Shown here one piece after another: positions 14,401-26,400 of a stretch of DNA of 64,000 nt. Numbering within the stretch: the stretch's first letter is position 1; every line of letters starts with the position of its first letter. The notes beneath the pieces were generated by a model that made no database searches, was not told where the DNA came from, and saw nothing but the letters and a program-made list of their open reading frames with translations. Both the position numbers and the translations under genes were made by a program. Source of the DNA: Lytechinus pictus (taxonomy: Eukaryota); assembly GCF_037042905.1 (NCBI RefSeq), contig NC_087251.1, forward strand, positions 40,984,001 through 41,048,000, given 5' to 3'.

Positions 14401-17400
14401 TTATGTCAGTGTTCTATGCGATTGAAATTTTTGGAAGATAGGCTTTGTGACTGCTTAAGATATGTGCTCAGAATAAAGACTTGTAATAATTTGCTGAATC
14501 AGTATGATGAAGATGGCTATTAGATGATTATCTATCCTCCAATAGGATATCGATTATGAATATCTTTATAGTAAACAATCATTTTTGGTCATATGGGGTA
14601 TGGTTAGGAAAATGTTAAAAAGATTTAGCTCACATTTTTATTGAACAACTCCCCAGAAGAAGATTAACCATACAAAACTCATGAACCTGTTTCCAATAGC
14701 CTTTGATTGTCCTGTTCACGGGAGCAATCCATCAAAGAAATAATCTGTTAATTGAATTGTCTATTGTTATAAGCTACCAAAATCCTTGCATCTGATTGGC
14801 TGAGAGCAAATTTGTCAGTGAAAATCAATCACTGACTTGTGTTTTGTGAAACACTCCCCCAGGTTCAATGAGTTGGAAGGTCCAGCCGAGAAGAGGCGTA
14901 AGAAGCTGGAGGAATCCTTGAGGGTGCAGCAGTTCTACCACGATGTAGATACGGAGCTTCAGTGGATCAAAGACCACTCCCCTGCTGCAAGCTCCACCAA
15001 CTATGGAAGGGACTTTACTTCTACACAGAGCATGTTAAAGAAACATCAGGTATACTTTCAAGTTTCAAAATATATTGATCAAAATCCACACATATTGGAT
15101 CATTCTCAATTTTACAAACAAGCACTTATATGGACAATTACAGTGAGACACATAGTTACAATTCAAATATATAAATATATATAAATACGAAAAAAAGTAA
15201 AAATTATGGTTAACAATTTTCATGTTGAGCCCTAAAACATATTCGATACATATTCAAATCAATAATTGACCTCTTATAGCATAGGTAAAATTTTATGTTT
15301 TTTTTCTTTTCTTTTGAACGTTTCTTTGCCCGATTTTTAAATATGTAAATTATACTAGGCTCTAATCAAATTAAATATAATAAGACGGTATAAGAAGAGA
15401 AGTATAAGACCGGGGGGGGGGGGGGGGGGGGTCATGAAGAGTCTTTGTCGGTGATGTTCACTGAATACTGTTATTAAGTACCAAAATCCTTATGTCATTC
15501 TGATAGGCCAAGGGGAAATTTTGTAGTGAAATGGCAGAAAAGATGCTTTTTGTCGAAACACTAGCTTTGTATTGAGTGCATTTTCATCAACATTATAAGC
15601 ACCTGCCTTTGTTTTTTATATGTTAAATAGTGCATCTTATTCAACACTTAAATCATTCTTCCAGTGAACTCAGAGTCCAATATTGAATTGTATCTACATG
15701 TTCCTTTCATGTCTCCTAGCTTTTTCTTACTTTATACTTTTCCTATACTTAAAGTGCATAGGGACATGCAATTTGCTATGTGTGATGCGCTATAAAAGAA
15801 CCAAGTATTATTATGATTATTATTACTATCTTCTCAGGTTAAAAAATTGTTTTAGAACAAAATGAATAAATTCCTTGAAACCTATGTATTCTGTATATGA
15901 TGTGTAATTTTATTTATTCATATCCAAAACTTTTTTCTTTTTCTAGAGCTCTTTTGAGCATTTCTGGGGGTAAAATCGCTCCAGAGCCCCCACGTTACTT
16001 ATTCCCTTGTATGTTCTATTCTTAAGAAAAAACACTACCTTAGAAATCATGTTCTCTCATGAAAATTCATTATTTTTTGTATGTTTGATATTGTGATGAT
16101 TTTTTTTTGTATGTAACACTCAGAAACTTGAAGCAGAGATAACTGGGCACCAGCCTGTTATTGACAAGGTCCTTAGTACGGGTCAGCATCTTATTGACTC
16201 TGGTCACTTTGCCTTACATGAAGTCCAGGAACGGTGTCAGGATCTGTCCCTGTCATGGGACCAGTTACTAGACCAGGCCTTGGCAAGAAAGAACCATCTA
16301 GATATGGCATTTGAAGCACAGAAAGTAAGCACAGCTATGATAACATAATATTGTTAGCAATCCGAATTTGCTGGGAAAACAAACCACAAAAAGTATCAAG
16401 AACCCCCCCCCCCCCCATTTGCAGAACAATTTGGCAGTGCTTGCATTGGATACATAACAAACAAGAAGTTCACTATACTTTAATGTGTTGCTTTTTTGAA
16501 CCCCCCCCTGAAAAAAAATGAATTGATAACATAAATAAATGAATATATGAATTAATAAATAATAATTCTAATAATGTGAATCAAGTTCAGATACATTCTA
16601 AAAACATTTTTGCAAGTAAAAATTTTGATCAATGACATGGATCATAAACATCAAGCAAACTGTATGGAATTCGAAGAAAACAACATTGATCATATCTTAG
16701 TATTTTAGATGATATAGTATAGTCCTATCTTACAATTTATGTATTTGGCAGTTATGGAAGTATGATCTTGTTTTCGCTGCGAAAGCTAACTTAGATTGGT
16801 ATTTTTGCTTGTTTCCAGTACTATTCTGAAGCAGTTGAAGCAGAATCTTGGATGACTGAGAAACTCTCCTTGGTTATGATCACTGACTATGGCAAAGATG
16901 AAGATGCTACTGAAAAGATGCTTGCAAAGAATAAGGTGAATTACTCTTCTACTTCCCTTTTTATGCCCCAGCAGACGAAGTCCGGAGGGGGCATTAAGCG
17001 TTGCCCCTGTCCGTCCGTTCCCCCACTTGGTTTCCGTGTAATAACTCGAAAAATATTTAATGGATTAAAAAAAAATTTAGTGTGAAGGTAGATGACACCA
17101 AAATGCAGGCTAGGTCCGAATTTGGAGTCCGCAGGTCAAAGATCATAGGTCACAGCTCATTAAATATGCAAGTTGGTTCAAAGGTCTAAAATATATTGGT
17201 TTCTGCACGATATTAAGTTTAATCATATTGAATGAATTTCTGATCGCGTTAAGCGGGGGCATCTGTGTCCTTTGGACACGTCAAATTTCTAGTTTTCCCT
17301 TAAAGTTAAAAGCGGTGTTTCGTCCAAGAGCAAGACCAAGTCCAGCAATTTTGAGATTAAGAACAAGAATGAGTTCAAGATCAATCTCGAGATTTCCAAC

Positions 17401-20400
17401 ACTAGTTAAAAGGTACATTTCCTGAAATTTTCAATTGTCGTCAAGTTTGTAAGACATTGACAAATTATTGTTGTTGTATTTGTGTGTAAGTTCCAAGGAG
17501 AATGCAAGACTTATAGGTACAGTGTAGGAATGTTGCCAGGTATCTTATGTTGAGTGTTGGCAGCATGTATAATTTTCAAGATATTTCCCGTAAAAGACAA
17601 GGGAAATGTGATTATTTCTATATCGAAGCTGCAAGACTGACATGAATGTTTGTACTTCACAGGCTCTTGAACTGAACATAGAACACTATGAGAGTGTGAT
17701 CAGGTCACTGGGAGACAGGAAGAATCGGATGGTATCATCAAGAAACCCTGAGGCTGAAGGCATCACTGAAAAACAGGTACGTCTAGTCGTGAGTTAATGG
17801 CTATTCAGTTGCCCCTTGGGATGTTTCACTGAGAGTTATGTGTGACTTAAAGGAAAATGAAACCCTTGAAACAGGTTTAGATCATTATTGTAATGTAAAT
17901 CCTCACATTGGCAATGCGACAAAGATGTGTGATGTCACATGTGAACGACTTTCCCATTACTTTTCTATATATTTCACTTGAAATGCCTTTTTTCTCACAT
18001 CTATCAATCAGTAGATCATGTATTCTTTCTATAGGAGGACATGTAACACAGATTTTCAAAGAAAACATTATGGATAAAGAGTTTGTATCACCCTAAAAAA
18101 GAGAAAAAAATTGAAATTTTTTGGTATTTTATAGTCCATCAATGGTAAAGTTGTTCACATGTGACATCACAAATATTTGTCGCATTGCCAATAGGAAAAT
18201 CTCCATATCATTAGTGATCGCAATATTCAAAAGCTCATAAATTTCTCATTATTTGTCTGATTTTTCTCAAACTTGTTTTGATCTTATTCTTTGATTTTTC
18301 TGTTTTCAAAAAAGCCAACTTGTTCCAAAGGTTTCATTCCCCCTTTAAAATCATGCTTAGTGCCGTTGCTCACATGATATTAATCACTCTATCTCATGAT
18401 CTGATTAATTTGTCGATATGTGTTATACTGCATCAGTCAGACGGCAGGTCCCAAGAAAGTGGCTTCTTTCATCCAAGTGATATTCATGACTTGAGATGTT
18501 TTGCATATTTAATGAGCCTGATGCAGACCAAAACACCTCTTTTCATTCGGTCATTGCTGCTCTAATTGTGCATCAAATTTCATGAATTTGGTGTCATTGT
18601 AAAGAAGAAGAAATATTCTTTCAGGTCATGTGTTTGAATTTATTCAAAGATTTTGTAATATAGGTTAAAATTTTGATCTAAAATATGCTACAAAATAATT
18701 ATTTTCACCTGACAAAAGCTGCTATTTTCACACTTTATTTTTGTTTGAGCCCAAATGATTTTTAGATCATGATAAAGCTGAATATGTATGCTTTAAAATG
18801 ATATAGGTTTCAAAATAAGAATTGGTTTAATCGAGTCAAGATCACACTTTTCATTTGCCAAGTACATAAAGCAGCTTGAAAACAAGAATACTGCACTCTG
18901 ATTGGTCAAAGAGACCACACAGTGGCAAATTCCAACGGTTCCTAGTGCCTGTGTTCATGGGAAGGTCACACTTCCCATGTGGTAATCTCCTCAAATACCC
19001 CGCGCCTGTTGTTCTGTGAACCTTATCCAGCCAATCAGAACTCTGGATTTCATGCAAGTACAACATTTCAGAAATCTCGTCTTGTACCTTGGTAGGAAAA
19101 GTGTGATCTTGACCCGATTAAAAGGTGCCGCATATCAAGAGTGGCATTGTGAAAAAGTACAGAAGTTCAGCTTTATGGTGATATAGATATCATTGAGGCT
19201 CAAAATAAAAAGTTTTGCACAATTTGCAAAAGAAAACAGAGGAAGAAAATTCAGTTTTGAGGCACATTTTCAGGCCAGAAATTTACTTTTTTAACGAAAT
19301 ATTGTATACAAAATAAATGACCAATATGAAAGAGTAACATTTACTCTATCTGATGGTGCAATAATATTTCATTTAACTTGAGGTTAAAACAGGTAAATTC
19401 TTAGAGAAAGAAAATCTCACGAATCACGAGATTTTGCAAGGAGGAGGATTCAGCCACGAGATGATTTGGATGAATCTGGCCTTTTTGCTCATTAGCATAG
19501 GGACCTGCTGTCTGACTGGCATGCATATGGTAATTTAAGTGCCATCTCCAGTCAAACTTATTCCTTTGTGAAACAGCCCCCTGGTTTAAAAAAATACAGC
19601 TACCCTTGGTCTTGCATAACTAGAATCTATGACAGAATATTTATTTATTAAATTCATGCCAAATAACCATTGTCCTTGGAAAGGCATTCATTTGTTTTTG
19701 CCACATGACCCAGGTGGGGTACCTGGCTGGTATTTAATTCCTTGAAAAGCTTGTTCACTGTTAAGGACTGTCAGATTACAGCCAATGTTATAATATCCAG
19801 ATGATAATGTGATGTGTTCTGTACAATAATGGAATATTATTATTAACGTTATTGATATCATTGGGTTGAGTGTGGGCACAAATTTAAATAATTCACTTTT
19901 GTTTTTCTTAATGTGAGCCTTTCCTTAGTCTTGAAACGAAATGTGTCATTTCTTCTTGTACATCTCTAGGTTGAGGTCTATCTTTTCTAAATTTGTTTGT
20001 TTTGTCTTTATTTCTTTCTCTTTGTCTTAGTCTTGATATTGGTTCAGAGACGAAGTAAAAATATTTTAGTTCTGAATTCTCCATATAACTAAACGATTAT
20101 GAAAAATAAATCAAATCAAATAGGCAAATTAAGAGGTTTCACAGTACACCGTGGATCTCTCTTAGGCATGTGTTTCATTCTACAAAAAGACCACCCAAAC
20201 ATTATATTCCGGCAGGTATGTTATTGCCATCTGGAAATGGGGATAATCAAATCAAATCAAATCATGTATTGTGATGTTTTAATAAATGAGTGAAATAAAA
20301 TGAAAGGGGTGGTGTCACCGGAATGTATGATGTTTTTCTTCACCTCAGGAAGAGCTTGTTAACCAGTACAAGAATGTGATGGACCAGGGATCCCACAGAA

Positions 20401-23400
20401 CGTTCAAACTAGAACAGACCAAGCTGATGCATCAGTATGTACGTGAGAGTGATGAGCTTGGGGAATGGATCGAAGAACAGTATCAGGTGGCCAGCTCAGA
20501 GGAATATGGTCAGGATTATGAACACTTGGAGGTAATGCAGCATTTCTTGTAGTGTAATAATAATGATAATAAAAATAGTCAGTTCTTGTGTAGCCCATAA
20601 CACATTATGAATAACGTCTCTATGCGCTTCCAAAGGACTTGGATATTATTACCCCCGCTGTAGCTCAAGCATCCTTTCCAGCGCTCTGCATTTCAAGGAA
20701 TAAATTCCTGCCAGGTACCCATTCACTTCACCTGGGTTGAGTGCAGCACAATGTGGATGAATTTCTTGCTGAAGGAAACTACGCCGTGGCTGCATTTTGA
20801 ACCCACGACCCTCTGTTTCAAAGTCCGGAGACTAATCCACTGGGCCACAATGCTCCGTCACTAGACATCACTTTTCATATGAATTGTTTAGCTATTAGAT
20901 TTTGATTTATTTTTTGTACAATAAATGCAGAACTTAATTTCCCTTTATTGTTCTTCAGAACAATAAAGCTAGAAATGGTTGACGATGAAACATGGACAAA
21001 GAAATGCAATGAAAATTGGTAGTGGATTCGTACTAGTACTCTGTATTCTGCATGTTCAGTTACATGAGGTAATATATATTTGGTGACTAGCATTGATATA
21101 TTTAATGAAAAAACAGTAAACATTTTTATTTTATTTTTTTTATTGTAGTATAGAAGAACAGATAAATGCATTAATTTTTACACTAATCTATTTCAATTGA
21201 TGCCTAGATATTATTATTTTGGTGGAGGCAAAACGATTATTAGAATTGAATTTAAAAGGGTTTATTATTGTTTTTTTACTTACAGGAGCTGAGCAAGAAG
21301 TTTGATGAGTTTTGTCGGCATGTAGATTCTGGCATGGATCAGTTTAAGAGATGTGATAAGCAAGTCCAGAGTCTGGTTGCGGAAAGATATGAGCAGAGTG
21401 ATTCATTAATAGAAAAACAGGATAGTTTGCAGTGAGTAGTCCACCTAATAAGATGCCTAACATATGTTTGAGTAAAGATTGACAGATACATGAAGAGTTG
21501 ATTGCTGACAGAATGGTGAATTGAAATATCATGCATTTCATTCGACATCAATGTTCACTATCATGCCAGGGTGATGTTTCACAAAGATTTAAGTGTGATT
21601 TAGAGTCACACTTAAATGCCGAAGCGTACATGATATGCAAAACGCAATCTTATTGATCACTAGTGCACGTTCTCTTGGCGTGATCTGACCAATGCAGTCA
21701 TGCCTTTTATAATGCACGCAACCAAGCATTTACTGTAAGTGCGACTTCAATCTTTGTGAAACATCCCCCCACCCCCGGTCTACTTTTCCTTATGGGCCGA
21801 CTGTTTTCTCTTAGATAGCATGCATTGCAAGTTAGAGTTGAAAAATGAAAGAAACATTCAATTGAATGATGAATTCCAAGGGTAGTAAGTAATAATCAAC
21901 TAGTACAAGTGAGGTCCTGTGAAAACTGGGCCCCGACTTACAAAGAGTTATGATTGATATGATCAACCACAACTGTATGGAAATCTATCAATGTTATAAT
22001 TTTTTCTACAAGAAATTTGTCCAATGTCCTTTGTATGAAATAAAGAGAAGTACACTAAATTTTCATGAAAATTATGAATACATGAATATACAGTATCTAG
22101 AGAACATTTTGAACAAACATACAGGTTGTGGTTGAACGGATCAATCATAACTCTTTGTAAGATGGGGTACTGGATTGTTTAAACGAGGTTTATAGTCACT
22201 TTGAAAGAGAAACACTGTGATTAATGCATGGTGTTTACTATAATTTTGTCCTCCAATATCTCAATATTGATGCAATGAATGATATCACAATAACGGCACA
22301 ACTTGCCCTCATTTATTATTAGATGCACAAATTGGAATGAGAAGTGGAATTCAGGGGCTTAATCACAGTTCTAAAGAAATGAAGAATATATATATATTTT
22401 TTCAATATTTACAGATTTGTGACGTTTGGGAGGTCATTTGAGATAGAGTCTTTGGCCCGTATTCTGAACTCGGTTTTAAATTAAACCCTGGTTTAAAGTT
22501 GTGGTTTAAGTATGGAGAGCCAATTTGAGCACAAATCCCTTACAATGCACATTCAATTAACTCATTTGACACCCAAATTGTCTATAATTGTCTGGGAATG
22601 GTAGCTGAAGTATTTTTCTTCCTTATGAAAGCAAAATGAAACAAAATAATAAACATAAGAAATATACAATATAAGCAAATTTTTTTGGATTTGTGGCTGC
22701 CCAATATTTTAGCACAGAGTTAGACCGTGGTCTAAGTTAAACCTGACTTCAGAATACGGGCCTTTGTATTTGGTTAAATACATGGCAAAGTTAAAAACAT
22801 GGCATTGACAGGTTGTATATTACACAGGAAATCCTAAGGTGATATTTACTTGAGAAGGTGTGTAACCTACAAGGTTGACAATTACCGTGTTTACACATGC
22901 ATCGGCACACGGTTCAAAACCAAAAGCCGATGCAGAATCGGCTTTTGGTTTATCTTGCACCGCGTTTACACGCTGTCACAGCTTGCGGTGCAGAATCGGC
23001 TTGCGTGGCAAAAACCTGAAATGATCCGCGCACCAACAATATACGTCATAATAAAGACAACGCTGGATCCGTGCGCTTACAAGTACATCATAATGGTAAA
23101 GTAAATGAAATGCACGCCAATTGCCGATGCAGAATCGGCTTTTTGTTTGCATGTAGAAAAAAAGCCGATCCTGCATTAGCTCGCGGTTCTGAACCTACTA
23201 CTTTGGTAGTGCAAAATTGCTGATTCTGCACCGAGAGCCGATGCAAGTTAATCGCGTTTACACGCAACAAAAAAGCCGATGCAACGTGTAAACACGGTAT
23301 ATTTTTAGATTGCAATCTACGAGATATCTACATTAAATTAATAAGGATTGAATGTCATAGTCAATAATCTGTAAACAAGGAGGAATGTGTAATTCACGAC

Positions 23401-26400
23401 CCGATTTAAGTTGCTGTGAACTTTTAAAAACAAGCCAGCTTGATTTATAGGCCCGTATTCTGAAATCGGGTTTAACTTTAAAAGCTCTGGTTTAAAGTTG
23501 TGGTTTAAGTATGGATAGCCAATTGTTACATAAATCACTAACAGTAGAGATATCATACTTCAGCTCATTTGGCTCTCAAATCATTCATAATTGTCTAGGA
23601 AGTATAAATAGATGCTTGTCTTCACCATCGATGAATCAGGAAAGAGCACAGTAAACATAAGAAACATACAACTTAATAAAAATTTCGACACTTATGGCTA
23701 TCCATAATTCTAGCACAGAGTTAGACCGTGGTCTAAGTTAAACCTGACTTCAGAATACGGGCAATAGGGTACTGAAGTGATAAGGTCACAATAATTAGAA
23801 CCAGGCTAAAAAATACATTTTCTTCACTGGGACTAATTTGGTGTTCATATGGTTATATCTTGGCTCCTATTCCTACTATTGCTTGGCTTTGTATGTTTTT
23901 TGCCATGCTCCTCTGTCATACAAAATGAAAAACAGTGAATTACGAAATCGGTTTTGATGACTTTGCACCTTAGTACTTGCTAGTATGAAAGATAATTTCA
24001 GATACTATGCCAAACAATTGATTTCAATGTTTGGTCTATCTTGTTTTCAACTTGTGTACTAGAACTGACATTATCATTGTAATCATTTTCTCATCATATT
24101 AATAACAAACTTCCAACTGAAAAAGATATTGAAATATTGAAAATGAGAGTAATTTGATTGAATACGATGTGTATTGACCATCCTTTAATGGTAACATGCT
24201 TCGATATTGGTTCGATACTGTAACTTTCAGACAAGCTTTGGACATGCTAATGGATAGGATTAGTAGTAGGAGAGAGAAGTTAGAAGCGGCAAGACAGATC
24301 CATCAGTTTAACAGGGATTATGAAGAAGCTATGTCAAGGATACAGGTAAGCTCCTCTCTATACAATATAATATAAGTATTTATATAGCGCTCTTCACAAT
24401 GATTGTATCACAGCGCTTTACAAAATGAGCAAAATCAAAATTGTGAAAGAAAAAAAAAATACATACATAATCTAAATAACAAGTTAATTAACTATTTAAA
24501 AAAAATCTCTTTAATGACTGCTGAAATGCTCCCAGAGATGATGATTCATGAATGTAGTTGCAGCAAACGTTCGGTCCCCTGAGGAGGTAGCAGTTCTTGG
24601 TCTTGCCAACAGAGTGGTATCATTGCCTGATCGTAGTCCACGCCTTTCACTCTGGTACAGAGAAATTGGGTCATTAAGATAGGATGGAGTACTTTTATGG
24701 AGGCATTTGTAGGCAATGGTTAGGATTTTATATGTGACATGCTTATGGACAGGGAGCCAGTGTAATTGATGTAGAAGGGGAGATGCATGATCACGCTTCT
24801 TGGCAAGGAATACCAACTTGGCTGCCCCATTCTGAGCTCGTTGAAGTTGCTTGATGTTTGCCGAAGATGTACCACATACCTATCTCATCCACTTTCTTGA
24901 ACTGGTTTTCCTTCAATCAGTTTAGAAGATCGGTTTGCTATTATTCTCATCACCATTTTGCTGGTTTCCAGAACCACTTCACTTAAAGTAGTCTTGTGTC
25001 TCGGTGTGGTCACATGTTTTTGACAGAATCTGAAACCGCAGCGTTGCGAGGATTGCTTTCCGAAGAATGGTTGTGTCCTCACCTAAGCTTAAACCCGTTT
25101 ATCGAGGCAAGGCGATCTTGAAAACCACATTGCGAGATGGTTTTCCAAACTGGTTTGGAAGTCCATCGAGGTCGCTTCCAAGACCGCTTCAAGCATTCCC
25201 ATACATGTTAAACTGGTTTCCTTTAAACTAGTTTGAAGGAAGTAGATGAGAATGAGGTCTTAGTCATCTACTTCACAACCAGGCACAGATCCAGGGGGAG
25301 GGGCAAATTGGACATGTACACTTTTAGAGATGGGATGTCAGGATATTTTTTTTAGAGGGGTTGGGGCTCCAACGGGAACGGGCTTCTGGAAAAGTTGGTC
25401 TCCTTAGAACTCTTTTTATTTTGCTTGCTTGCTGGATACACCCCTTTCCCCAACCTATTATTATAAAAAAAATTATAAGGACATGTAAGATAACTTTTCA
25501 GTCACTGTATTGATGTGTATTTTGTATTCACTGTAATTTCTGCATTTATGCTTGTTTTGTGTTCTAGCTAGACTGGATATTTTTTAGCTGGCAAAAATCA
25601 AATTTTTGCAGAAAAAAAGAAGTTTTATTCCATTGCTCCGGATATGTATTACAAAATTATCAGTTGAATAAACAATATTCAGGTTATGATTAATGGAATA
25701 TTACCCTTTTATGTTCAAACACACATTATCATCTTGAGGATGATAATAATAATGAGTGATGTAAACAAATTTCTTGTTACAACTAAATGTATATTGATAC
25801 TTTGTTCTCAAACATTTTCATCTAAATGTTAATGAGTAATCACCCAAACTTTAAGTTTGTGTTTATATTTTCAATATTTTATATATTTTTTTCCTAACAG
25901 GAGAAGTATGCTATCATACCTGATGAGCTAGGTAAAGATGTAAACTCAGTACAGTCATTAGTGAGAAAGCATGAGGCCTTCGAGAATGATCTAGTAGCTC
26001 TGGAACAACAGGTGAGACCCGTTGTCCTTCTTGTTTAATTCTCTTTCTGATAGAGGCACTTGTGCATAACCTAATCTGTATTCTAGATTTTTTCCTGAAG
26101 GACGTTCCATGTTCATTTTTTTCATTCTTCTGTGAGAAGAAGCGTAAAATGAGAAAAAGGCATGTATCGTGATTTAGAAATTATATACATGTTTATATAT
26201 CCTGTGTTAAACTGTAAAACTTAATTGCTGTCACAGCTGTAAAAATAAATGTTTTATTATTTAAAAATGTACGATATTCCTGTAAAAGAGAATAGTGCAT
26301 TCTGTGTAAATTTTAGATATTTTGCATGTAAGGTATGATTATAAGATTAAAGGAAAGCACCGCATATTCAATGTGATAATACAAGACCATACAGTACCAC

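Larger units (their letters stand above)
17818..19580. mobile_element. MITE family D copy split by two nested insertions
   Basis: After removing 17851-18344 and 18434-19518 the remainder aligns by eye with 21569-21769 and 40260-40468. Confidence 0.7.
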
